64,000 nucleotides of DNA from an uncultured Chloroflexia bacterium (GCA_963700285.1 CAVOXA010000015.1:105342-169341); one strand, 5' to 3'; positions 29,306 to 40,630 are shown, counted from the stretch's first letter. A program made the numbers and translations. Notes: a model not told the origin generated them from the letters alone.

Positions 29306-29691
29306 TGATGCATCTCCATGTGGGTGTCGTACACTCCCAAAAAATGGTGCAGTACCCGGTCCGTCTCCCGCAGGTCATCCACCCACCAGGCCAGGTAGCG
29401 ATCCCCTTCCTCCGTGATCTGGTATAGACGGCGGGCTGGGCCGGCGCTATCCGTGTTCCAACGCGAGGTGACAAAGGCTCGATTCTCCAGACCGCGCAGC
29501 CTGCGGTACACGGTACTCGAATCTACCGGATTCTGCTCAAAGCCGAACGGCTTCAAGCCCTCCAAGAGTTCGTACCCGTGGGCTTCGTTGCAGTGCAGCA
29601 GCAGGAGCAGGCACGGGTCAAGAAAGCGGTTGATGCGCCTGGGACAGGCTTCTCCCCCCTGCCCGCCCCGCCAGCGGTGACCTTGAGGCAT
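29302..29691 (-). CDS. PadR-family transcriptional regulator
   Basis: LLLLLHCNEAHGYELLEGLKPFG...STVYRRLRGLENRAFVTSRW...RRLYQITEEGDRYL is the PadR winged-helix signature. Confidence 0.85.
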   Translation of the reverse strand: MPQGHRWRGGQGGEACPRRINRFLDPCLLLLLHCNEAHGYELLEGLKPFGFEQNPVDSSTVYRRLRGLENRAFVTSRWNTDSAGPARRLYQITEEGDRYLAWWVDDLRETDRVLHHFLGVYDTHMEMHQ

Positions 29692-30050
29692 GACGTACCT
29701 ACCTTTCGCAGCTCATCTATGTGCATAACGCATATAGATGATACAGCACCTTAGCCGGATTGTCAAGTCTCAGGACCAGAGTGGCTAGGGCTGTAGCAAA
29801 GTCGTCATCGCGGGCGTCAGCAAAGCGATCTACACCTTTGCCTTGGGGATTGCCACGGCGCAAACGGCGTGCCTCGCAATGACAGATCTGGCCGGCAGTG
29901 TATGGCAAGGGACAATGCAACAGCCCTGCCAGAGTGGCAGAGATTCTGGAAGCCAAACTCCTTCGCTCGTGGAGAACCGCAGTCCACCGTTTGGAAGTGA
30001 CTTCATCCCACCCAGATCTGGAGCAGTTGCTGCCTTTGGGGGTCATCCGT

Positions 30051-30700
30051 TCAGGAGAGCAGTGTCGTGAGGATCTCCTCCCAGCAGGTAAACAGGAGGA
30101 AATGGCCCTCACCCGGGAGGAACGTGGTCTGGCAGTTTGGAAGCGCAGATGCCATGTACCGGGCCATGGCCGGAGGGGTACTGGTATCCTCCTCGCCGTG
30201 CCGGAGATGGATCTCGATCTCGATATCTTCCAAACGGAAACCCCATGGCTGGGCCAGGATCTGTACCTCCCAGGCGTAACCCTGGATACCGCTCCGGGTC
30301 GCCTCGGCATAGCTGGACATCAGCATCTCCCGAAATTCTGTCTGGGCGAGCAGAACCTGATCGGCTGGGGGATTGTGGGCTGTGTTCTGTGCAAAGAACC
30401 GTTCGGGATTTCTGCGACCTCTACCTCGTCAGATGGCCAATCCAGCAGCCTGCGCCCGGGCTGAAAGTCAGACAGTCCAAAGCCCGGTCGATCCATCATG
30501 ATCAGCCGGGCACCCAGGGATCTGGTTAGGTCCTTGTCAGGGTGGAGTAGCCGCGAACTGGGGGTACCCTGAAAGAGGAATACGGGCTTGCCCGTTGGGT
30601 CGCCATACTCGGCGTAGCCTAGAAGCCGCCCGTCATGCAGTCGTATCTGCCAGCCATCACGACCATGGAAAATGCGCTCCTGTCGAACGTATTCGTCCAT
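30051..30700 (-). pseudogene. alpha/beta-hydrolase remnant lacking the nucleophile-elbow segment (internal deletion plus frameshift)
   Basis: The N-part LGYAEYGDPTGKPVFLFQGTPSSR...MMDRPGFGLSD (ORF 30320..30808) jumps directly to the cap/C-terminal part ...HLRHGEEDTSTP...LPGEGHFLL (ORF 30051..30326). No GxSxG motif appears in any frame. Confidence 0.6.
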
Positions 30701-30774
30701 CCCGGGAAAAGACTTCTTGCCGACCAATTCTCCAGCACCTTGTTCCTTGTCCTTGGCAGCACCCTGTACCGATT

Positions 30775-32340
30775 CTACTGTCGCGAACCCCGGATCAGGC
30801 CGTGGCACCAGGCCCAGCCTCGGTGCCAGAGGACGCGGATCTCCTCTACCTTAAAGAGGTAGGAAGTGAGGAAAAAAGCGGCGCCGCCCAGTACCCCGGC
30901 AGTAGCCAGATAAACGATCAGCGCGACCAGCCCTTTGCTACCGGCCAGGTCTTCACCGAATCGGAGGAAGGCCCAAAGGGTCGCCGCGGTGGCCAGCGAA
31001 GCCAGCACCATCTGCCCGGTAAAGGGCCCAAACGGAGCCAGGCGGAACTCGGGCACCCGGCGCCCAAATATGAACAACAGGACCAGGACCTTCAGGCCCT
31101 TTGCTACAGCCACAGCCAGAGCGATGCCTCCCAACCCAAAGGTCGCCAGCAGTGGTGGAATGAGGGCCACGTTGAGGAGAAAGGCGGCGATGTCAGTGAT
31201 CACAGGTGTGAGCGTATCCTGGCGGGCAAAGAAGAATTGGACGACAATGACCTCCAGGGCGAAGGGCAGGAGGGCCATGGAGTAAAAGAGCAGTGGCCCA
31301 GCCGTCAACTGCGTCGAGGCGGCGGTAAATGCCCCCCGCTCAAAAAGAAGCCGTACAAAGGGCTCGCGGAGCACCATCAGCCCCATCGTCACTGGCAGGA
31401 AGAGCAGTGTGAGCGCCCGAACCGACCCGGACAGAGTCCTGGCCAGCGCCTGGTTGTCCTGCTTGGCCGCCATCTCGGCTGAGAAGGGCAGCAATACCAG
31501 CGCTAGAGCATAGGGCACGATAGTGGTCAACGTTTCCGCGATCTTGCGGGCGTAGGCCAGGGCCGATACGCCCCCCACGCCAACCCTGCTGGCAAAGGCA
31601 TTCTCCACCAGCGGGCCGACGAACAGCGACAGGCTGAGGGCCACCAACAGCGGTGCAGCCAGACGGCCCACCCTTCGCACCGGAGGAAAACCCAGATCCA
31701 GGCCAGGACGGAGCCTGCGCAGGTGGCGACTGAGCCCCAGTGTTTCAAAGACCAACTTGCCCAGGGCGCCCAGTGTTACGCCCAAAGCCAGCCCCGGCAC
31801 CCCGCCCAGTACCAGGAAAAAGACCAAGGGCCCTGCCCGAAAACTGGCCATAGAGAGGGCCGGCAGCGCGAAGCGCTTCTGGGCATGAAGCGCTGCTGTG
31901 GTCAGTGTCGAGAGCCCGAGGAACAACAGGGCCGGCATCACCAGCCGTGTCAAACGTACTGTCAAATCGTACTGCTGACCCGAAAACCCGGGAGCTGCAA
32001 CCGAGATCAGGGGGGCGGCCAGCAGTACGCCAGCGACAGTCGCGGCTCCCAGCAGTAGCAGCAGCAACGTACCAACCACACTAAACAGCCGCCAGCCATC
32101 CCGGATCGATGCGCCCAGTGTGCGTACAAAAGTGGGCAGGAACGAAGGCTCGATGACTTCGCGCAGGACAATGTAGGCGCTGAAAGGGATGGTGTAGGCC
32201 ACCAGGTAGGCATCGACTTCGATGCCCGTCCCGAAAAAGTTGGCCAGCAGGATCTTTTCGACAAAGCCCAGCCCCTTGACGATCAGGGCGATGGCCGTCA
32301 CCATCGTCGTAGCTTGTACGATCCTCTTGACATCAAGCAT
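30775..32340 (-). CDS. murJ: lipid II flippase MurJ (MviN)
   Basis: 521 aa, about 14 TM. N-terminus LVKGLGFVEKILLANFFGTGIEVDAYLVAYTIPF is typical of MurJ. Confidence 0.85.
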   Translation of the reverse strand: MLDVKRIVQATTMVTAIALIVKGLGFVEKILLANFFGTGIEVDAYLVAYTIPFSAYIVLREVIEPSFLPTFVRTLGASIRDGWRLFSVVGTLLLLLLGAATVAGVLLAAPLISVAAPGFSGQQYDLTVRLTRLVMPALLFLGLSTLTTAALHAQKRFALPALSMASFRAGPLVFFLVLGGVPGLALGVTLGALGKLVFETLGLSRHLRRLRPGLDLGFPPVRRVGRLAAPLLVALSLSLFVGPLVENAFASRVGVGGVSALAYARKIAETLTTIVPYALALVLLPFSAEMAAKQDNQALARTLSGSVRALTLLFLPVTMGLMVLREPFVRLLFERGAFTAASTQLTAGPLLFYSMALLPFALEVIVVQFFFARQDTLTPVITDIAAFLLNVALIPPLLATFGLGGIALAVAVAKGLKVLVLLFIFGRRVPEFRLAPFGPFTGQMVLASLATAATLWAFLRFGEDLAGSKGLVALIVYLATAGVLGGAAFFLTSYLFKVEEIRVLWHRGWAWCHGLIRGSRQ

Positions 32341-32409
32341 ACGCGAAAAGGGCCAAGTTTAAGGACCAGGGCTTCGTCCCTGGCTCAAGCTTGGCCTCAA
32401 CCTCAGTAC

Positions 32410-34251
<1,842 letters not shown>

Positions 34252-34384
34252 GTGGTTTTCCCTCCTGTTGACAAATCACAGGCGGCTCGAGGCTTGCAGC
34301 ACGTAGCCCCGTGGCTACCTGCTGTACAGTTCTTGGAACCTGCAACCTGTCGCTTGTACTTGGTACAACCAACCACTGCGCGGG

Positions 34385-34616
34385 CCCTTTGTCCCGCCGG
34401 TTGCCCGGCGGTTTTGTACGGCGCGCTTGTTCCCAGGAGGGGAAGGTACGGGCCGTGGCCGTGGCCCGGGAGGCATCCGCTGATCACTCGATTTTCGGAT
34501 CGATTTTGTTGTGCGCTGTCGCAACAAAGACGACGCGAACCCCGCCTTGCGGCTGAGGACCTCCTCCTCGTCAACCTTACCATCCTACCAATGGGAGGGT
34601 AAGGCCCATGCGCTGG
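34385..34616 (-). ncRNA. glmS ribozyme (GlcN6P-dependent self-cleaving riboswitch) in the glmS 5' leader
   Basis: Minus strand carries ..CC-A/GCGC.. (cleavage-site context, 34616..34611), GGUUGACGAGGAGGAGGU and CAGCGGAUGCCUCCCGGG (34483..34465). Order and spacing match the glmS core. The 3' boundary is approximate. Confidence 0.8.
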
Positions 34617-34678
34617 CTTCCCCTGTTCACACTGCTACGTTCCGAGTCTCTGTCCCCGAGGGCACCTCCTTTCACTGG

Positions 34679-36598
34679 CTAGCTCTCTCGGAAAGTCCCA
34701 CAACCCCCGTTTACGCGGGGAAGACAGCTTGAGACCTCCCACGTTTTAAGATTTCACCCCCAATCTGCCTGTGTGGCATGATAGGCACGACGGTATCCAA
34801 TTCCACGTGCCTGGCTCACTCCAGGCAGAAAGGGGGCTACTCATGATACCACCACTCTTCTCGCACAAGCGCTATGTCCGCTCTGCGCTTGCCTATTCGC
34901 GCCGCCACGGCGGCCTGCGCACCGACCATCGGCACTACCACGTCTGGCAGAAGCTGAAAGAGACCAACCTGGACCACGCCTATCCCCTCCTGGCTACTCT
35001 CTATTCGGACACGTTGGGATGCCTGGGCCGCGATCCCGTCTCCATGCTCCGCTCTTGTCTGGCGATGATGCTCTGCGGTGTCACCAGCTTCACCGTCTGG
35101 GTCGGAATGATGCGCGATGACCGCTTCTATGCGCTCATCAGCGGCTTCCATCCCGACGACACGCCAGGGGTTGGCACCTTCTACGACTTCCAAGACCGCC
35201 TCCTGCAACGTCCCCGTCAGGCCCCGCACCACGACTCGCCGTCCCTACCAAAGTCGAGACCAGCGGGACAAGGCCAAACAGCACAAGGACAAGAACGATC
35301 TGCGCCCTCACAAGGACATTGTCAACCGCCTGGCCGACCGGATCCTGGCTCGCCCTTTCCCCAACATCCCTGTGGCCGCCACCCTGGAAGGCTACAGTGA
35401 CTTCTCAGCCCTCCCGACCCACGAACAGACTCTTGCATTGCATCTTCTTCGCTAGCTTTGTTGCCCGTTCCGTGGACCTGAACCTTATCGACCTCGACAA
35501 TCTCCACGTCGCTGGCGACGGAACCAAGCTCGCCACCTGGGCCAATGCCCGGGGCAAGAAGCTCTGCTCCTGTGACAACAAGGGCAAGAAAGCGAAAGAG
35601 CGTTGTCGCTGTCTACGGCTTACCACGACGCCCACGCCCTCTGGGGCTGGGACAGCTACCGTGAATGCTGGGTCTACGGCCACAGCCTCTACGAACTCAC
35701 GCCTACAGCCTCCAGCATCGCTGCCAACTGCCTCTCGTCGTTTCCCTGGCCGATTGCAACCGCCACGACAGCGTCCACTGCCTCGCGACTCCATCTATCG
35801 CGCCTGGGAAACCTTCGGCCTCTTCCTCCAAACCGCTTCCCTGGATGCGGCCCACGATGCGCTGGGGCTCTTTCGCCTGGCTACTCAGCGCTGGCATATG
35901 GCCCTCGTCGTACCCCTCAACGAGCGCAACAAGGACAATCTCCGCTACGCCGGTCCCTTGCGACTCGAAAAGGGCGTCCCCATCTGCCAGGCTGGCTTGG
36001 CCATGAAGCATTGGGGCTTCTGCCCCGACCGCTTGCGTCTCAAATGGCGCTGCCCCTTGGCCGCCGCCAAGAAGACCCCAGACCTCACCACTTGTCCTCA
36101 CTTCGCCAAGGACTGTTCGGACTCTGCCTACGGCCGCGTCATCTACACCTACCCCAAGGAAAACTATCGCCTCCACACGCTCATCCCCAGAGATAGCGAC
36201 CTCTGGGATCTCCACAAAGACGCCCGCTCCTGTGCCGAACGTTCCGTCAAACGCAAGAAGAACGATTTCCATCTCCTTGAGACCCGCACCGCTGGCCGCG
36301 ACCGCTGGTTCTTCCGCGTCATGCTCGCTGCCATGTGTCAGCACATTTGCGCTTGGGTTACTCACGCTGCCGACCGCTTGAACTGAACAGTCGAGCGGCA
36401 GTCAACAACCTATGATCGGTGCCCTAGCCCGGTGACCTCGTCACGATGGCTAGTACCCCCTGGCTTGTTAACGTTCTCTCAACATTTGTCAGATTCGATT
36501 AGCCACTCACAACTGCTAACCATGCCTCTCCACAGCTATCAATCTCTTACTAGCTGTCTCTGACTGTCATCGCTCACGACTTTCCGAGAGATCTCTAG
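34679..36598 (+). mobile_element. IS element (IS4-superfamily-type transposase) with CTAG-terminated imperfect inverted repeats
   Basis: The left end CTAGCTCTCTCGGAAAGTC (34679..34697) matches the reverse complement of GACTTTCCGAGAGATCTCTAG (36578..36598). This is a 14-bp perfect core, with CTAG at both tips. Confidence 0.65.
34771..36386 (+). pseudogene. DDE transposase, disrupted by at least 2 frameshifts
   Basis: Homologous segments sit in ORFs 34771..35400, 35319..36386 and 35603..36196. Catalytic contexts are HVAGDGTKL and LDAAHDA, with an R(3)E(6)K-type signature in ARSCAERSVKRKK. Confidence 0.6.
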
Positions 36599-36779
36599 CA
36601 GACCCCATTATAGGATGGAACGTTGAAAAGCGCAAATCACCCGCCAGCGCCTATCGGGTACGGCCACCACACAGTTTTCGCTGGGCTTGATCTTCAGCAT
36701 CTTCTGTGCGATAATGTTATCCAAGTTCAGATGCGAATGGTAGTAACGTGCGGACCTTCAGGTGAGAAAGGCAAGAAGG

Positions 36780-37094
36780 ATGAGTACTGAACAGGCCGCA
36801 TGGACACAATTGCATTCACTGGCACAGCGGGCCAGGCAAGCGGGTACAACTCACCAGCAGTTGGATGTTCAGCTCTCACCAGAGGAGAGCGCTGTGCTGG
36901 CTGAAGTGCTGGAAGCCGCATTGGACATGGTGGTTGCCATGGCGGGTCAGCCACACCTGGATCTGAGCGAGCCCGACAACAGAGAACTGGCCCTTCTGGC
37001 CATGCAAGGGGGATCCTTTGACTGGCTGGCCAATGAGCCTGACCTCTACACGGATGATGACCTGGTGGAGCACTTTGAATGGGCAAAAGTCTGA
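36780..37094 (+). CDS. putative antitoxin (small acidic protein translationally coupled to a MazF-like gene)
   Basis: 104 aa. Its stop (37092..37094) lies 16 nt inside the following MazF-like reading frame. A TTGATC-17-GATAAT promoter-like element lies ~80 nt upstream. Function is inferred from context only. Confidence 0.45.
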   Translation: MSTEQAAWTQLHSLAQRARQAGTTHQQLDVQLSPEESAVLAEVLEAALDMVVAMAGQPHLDLSEPDNRELALLAMQGGSFDWLANEPDLYTDDDLVEHFEWAKV

Positions 37095-37432
37095 GCTGAG
37101 GGTCTGTTGTACTAGCCGTTTACCCCTTCACTGATCTGTCATCGGCCAAACGTCGCCCGGCTCTGGTAGTGTCTGCCACCGAGCGTCCGGGCCGGGACTG
37201 TATCCTGGCCTTCATCACATCCCGTGCGGGACTCGTTGAGGTAACCGATCTGGTACTTGACCCTGCTGATCGGTACTTTTCGGGTACAGGGCTGCGGGTA
37301 CCATCGAGGGTTCGCTGTGACAGGCTGATGACGTTGGACTGATCTCTTCTGGTAGGCCGTCTGGGGCATCTCAGCAAGCGCCACATGGACAAAGTAGACA
37401 TCCGGCTAAAAGCCGCGTTGGACCTGCAATAG
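37079..37432 (+). pseudogene. PemK/MazF-family toxin with two in-frame TGA codons (37097 and 37340)
   Basis: Frame reads MGKSLS*GSVVLAVYPFTDLSSAKRRPALVVS...ILAFITSR...TGLRVPSRVRCDRLMTLD*SLLVGRLGHLS.... This matches the (K)RGDVVLVxFPFTDLSxxKxRPALVV toxin family. It is not in the ORF track because the pieces are under 60 aa. Confidence 0.65.
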
Positions 37433-38098
37433 CCACCCCACCGTTGTAGCCTGCTCCAGGCTCGATCTGCATCGGTCAGGGCCAAGATTGCGCCGTACTA
37501 GCCTCGTATCGAAAAAGCAAGCTATCCTGCACCTACTTTGCGCCAACAGTTCACGCAATTGAAACTGCTTTTTTTCTGTTGAGACGCAGCGCAGGACTGA
37601 CGGTCCTGTTGTACTCTTCTCAGAATTGGCGATCTCCCGATCGACTGCTGCTCCTAGCGCCACTCTCCCCTGCTGGTAAGCATCCTGCATGTGCCAGCGG
37701 CACCGGGCGCAAGATCCCGTTTTGCGCTACATCCAGAGCCCACTCCGGGGGCTTTATCGGGAGAGATCTCGGAGGGCTGTCCTAGCTGCAGGCAATCATC
37801 CGCTCTTGGAACGGCTGTGTGGACCCTTTCTCACTCTTGGGGAGGCGTGACCCTGCAGAGAAGAACAGCGGATTGGCAGGATGAAGGGATCGAGACAGCG
37901 GATGCCAAGATCCGCCAATCCTGCCCATCCGATGTTTCCACCCCCAAAGGACAATGGATCAGAGGACAATGGACGGTGGTTCGCGGCCCTGCGGCGGCAG
38001 CGCGGCGGCACAGCGGAAGCCCACGTTGAGGTTCTGGGCCGGCGATCTGAGGAGGGCAGAGCCCCCGTCAGAAGCCCAGGAACCAGGAGCTCAGAAGC

Positions 38099-38368
38099 TC
38101 ACCCTCCTGGCAAACCGGTACAACGAAAGCCGATGCTGTCGTGGCTGCTGGCCGGGTTGTTGAGGTCGCGGTCCGCCGCGCGCACGTGGTTCGCATTGTC
38201 GGACCACGAACCGCCACGCAGCACCTTATACGCCCCGCTGTCCGGCCCTGGCGCGTTGCGATAAGGCGAGACGCTGTAGTAGCTGGCGTCGTACCAGTCG
38301 GCCACCCACTCCCACACATTGCCGGCCATGTCCAGCGCCCCATTCAGTGACATCCTGTAATGAGTCAA
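38099..38368 (-). pseudogene. C-terminal fragment of an FGE-sulfatase (SUMF1/EgtB-type) domain protein
   Basis: DMAGNVWEWVADWYD...VLRGGSWSD...SIGFRC is the last ~85 aa of the ~250-aa domain. The expected N-terminal part is replaced by the thrS promoter and T-box region. Confidence 0.65.
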
Positions 38369-38377
38369 ATCGGATAC

Positions 38378-38405
38378 TTGACAAATTCCCGAAACCGGTT
38401 ATAAT
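38378..38405 (+). promoter_or_regulatory. sigma70 promoter (TTGACA-16-TATAAT) for the thrS T-box leader
   Basis: TTGACA at 38378..38383 and TATAAT at 38400..38405. Confidence 0.55.
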
Positions 38406-38411
38406 AGGACC

Positions 38412-38692
38412 CAACCAAACAGTCCGAACGCATTGATCAGGACGAGTAGGCGGCGTAAAGCGCCAGAGAGTGTGGGCCACCGGCTGGAAGCCTGCACCGC
38501 TGGAAACCGTCGAAAACCACCTGGGAGTGAGTCCTTCAAATTGCTGGCTTTCTCTCGGCAAGAGTATGGGCCTCCGGTTGGCTCCGTTACCAGCCAATGA
38601 GATGGGTGTCAACGACTATTTTGTCGTAGGCTGGCCAACTTGGGTGGAACCGCGTGAGTGAGCCTCTCGCCCCATGGGTGAGGGCTTTTTTT
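38412..38692 (+). promoter_or_regulatory. T-box riboswitch leader, threonine-specific (ACC specifier), with intrinsic terminator
   Basis: Stem I elements GACGAGUAGG and AGAGAG. Specifier context GAAA-ACC-A near 38515..38519. T-box sequence UUGGGUGGAACCGCG at 38639..38654. Terminator AGCC(U)CUCGCCC-CAU-GGGUGAGGGCU plus U7 at 38661..38692. Confidence 0.8.
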
Positions 38693-38839
38693 GTTGGTAC
38701 AAAGATGGCCTGAAAGACATGTAAGGGGGTAGCAGATTTGACCGACGACGATGGGACCACAGCAACAGTTTTCAGTCGCATAGGCGACGGGCACTTTTGC
38801 TACCCTGTTGCCAACCTGTAACCCGAGGAGGAGCGTAAA

Positions 38840-40630
38840 ATGGCACCTGGAAATCGCGACCACGACGAACAACTGTATAAACTGCGGCACTCTACGGCCC
38901 ACGTGATGGCTGAGGCCGTCCTGGAGATGTTCCCAGAAGGAAAACTGGCCTTTGGCCCACCCGTCGAAAATGGTTTCTACTACGATTTCGACCTGCCCCG
39001 GGCACTGTCGACTGAGGATCTGGCCGAGATCGAAGAGCGGATGAAAACCATCATCAAGGGCAAGTATCCCTTTGAGCATCGCGACGTCAGTGTGAACGAA
39101 GCCAAGGAGATGTTTGTCGACCAGCCGTACAAGATCGACCAGATCGACAAGCTCGCTTCCGGCCAGGAAGACGAGCACGGCGAGGCCGGCGCTGAACCGG
39201 TCAGTAGTCTGTCGATCTATACCCACCGCAATTTCACAGACCTGTGCCGTGGTCCCCACCTGGAGAACACGGGACAGATCTCGTGGAACGCCTTCAAGCT
39301 GCTTAATGTCGCAGGCGCCTACTGGCGCGGCGACGAGAACCAGGCCATGCTGCAGCGCATCTACGGTACGGTCTGGCCTACCAAAAAGGAGCTAAGGGAG
39401 CACCTGGCCTGGCTGGAGGAGGTTGAAAAGCGCGATCACCGGCGCCTCGGGAAAGAGTTGGACCTGTTCAGTTTCCACGAGGATGCTGGCGCTGGCCTGG
39501 TTTATTGGCACCCCATGGGTGCGCGGGTTCGGGCCGTCATCGAGGACTATTGGCGGCAACAGCACTATAAAGGTGGCTATGAAGTAGTCTACACGCCTCA
39601 CATCGGCCGGGATCGCCTTTGGCAGACGAGCGGGCACCTTGATTTTTTCTGGGACAGCATGTACTCGCCGATGGACATCGATGGCATGGACTACTATATC
39701 AAGCCGATGAACTGCCCGTTCCACATCAAGATCTACCAGAGCAAGCGCCGCAGCTACCGCGAACTGCCTATGCGCTGGGCCGAATTGGGTACAGTCTATC
39801 GCTATGAGAGAAGTGGTGTGCTGCACGGACTGCTGCGGGTGCGTGGCTTTACCCAGGATGACGCTCACATCTTTTGCACGCCGGGACAGGTTGAAGGCGA
39901 GGTTCTGGAGGTGCTTCGCTTCTCCCTGCGATTGCTCGAAGCCTTTGGCTTCTCAGATGTCAAGGCCTACCTGGCGACGAGGCCCGAAAAGGCTCCCGGC
40001 GAATTGGAGCGTTGGGAGCAGGCCACGGAGGCGCTGAAACGTGCCATCGCCGTCGAAGAGCTGCCGTACGAACTGGATGAGGGCGGGGGCGCCTTTTACG
40101 GTCCCAAGATCGACCTCAAATTGCGCGATGCCCTGGGCCGCGAATGGCAGATGACGACGATCCAGTTCGATTTTAACCTGCCAGAGCGATTTGACCTGAA
40201 ATACATCGGACCCGATGGCCAGGAGCACCGGCCCTACATGGTCCACCGTGCGCTGCTGGGGTCTATTGAGCGCTTTTTCGGGGTGCTCATTGAGCATTAT
40301 GGTGGAGCCTTCCCCGTCTGGTTGGCGCCGGTGCAGGCCAAGATCATCCCTATCGCGGACCGGCACAATGACTATGCCTACCAGGTGGCGGCGCAATTGA
40401 AGGCGGCCGGCCTGCGGGTGGAGGTCAATGATTCCAATGATCGGATGCAGGCCAAGATCCGCGATGCCCAGCTCCAAAAAGTGCCGTACATGCTCATCAT
40501 GGGTGACCGGGAAGTGGAGAACGAGGCAGTGGCCGTGCGTCTGAGGAGCGGTGAGGATATGGGAGCGCAGAGCGTCGCTGATTTTTCAGCCATGGCCCAA
40601 TCAGCCGTTGCTGAGAGGCGTGACGTGTAG
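38840..40630 (+). CDS. thrS: threonine--tRNA ligase (lacks the N-terminal TGS domain)
   Basis: 596 aa. Starts in the editing domain (LRHSTAHVMAEAV...GFYYDF), followed by class II motifs and the anticodon-binding domain. ATG follows GAGGAGGAG. Confidence 0.95.
   Translation: MAPGNRDHDEQLYKLRHSTAHVMAEAVLEMFPEGKLAFGPPVENGFYYDFDLPRALSTEDLAEIEERMKTIIKGKYPFEHRDVSVNEAKEMFVDQPYKIDQIDKLASGQEDEHGEAGAEPVSSLSIYTHRNFTDLCRGPHLENTGQISWNAFKLLNVAGAYWRGDENQAMLQRIYGTVWPTKKELREHLAWLEEVEKRDHRRLGKELDLFSFHEDAGAGLVYWHPMGARVRAVIEDYWRQQHYKGGYEVVYTPHIGRDRLWQTSGHLDFFWDSMYSPMDIDGMDYYIKPMNCPFHIKIYQSKRRSYRELPMRWAELGTVYRYERSGVLHGLLRVRGFTQDDAHIFCTPGQVEGEVLEVLRFSLRLLEAFGFSDVKAYLATRPEKAPGELERWEQATEALKRAIAVEELPYELDEGGGAFYGPKIDLKLRDALGREWQMTTIQFDFNLPERFDLKYIGPDGQEHRPYMVHRALLGSIERFFGVLIEHYGGAFPVWLAPVQAKIIPIADRHNDYAYQVAAQLKAAGLRVEVNDSNDRMQAKIRDAQLQKVPYMLIMGDREVENEAVAVRLRSGEDMGAQSVADFSAMAQSAVAERRDV

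Noticed and set aside
37097-37342. Alternative genetic code (UGA sense) as the explanation for in-frame TGA codons in the MazF-like and YuzD-like genes
   Set aside because: TGA clearly terminates many well-conserved genes here at the expected protein ends (e.g. the antitoxin, NarL-type regulator, PP2C neighbours). A global reassignment is therefore untenable.
37850-38400. Diversity-generating retroelement (FGE/CLec-fold variable protein with template repeat)
   Set aside because: No reverse transcriptase is present in the window. The repeated ..GFRC segments are far too diverged to be a TR/VR pair, and they do not differ preferentially at adenines.
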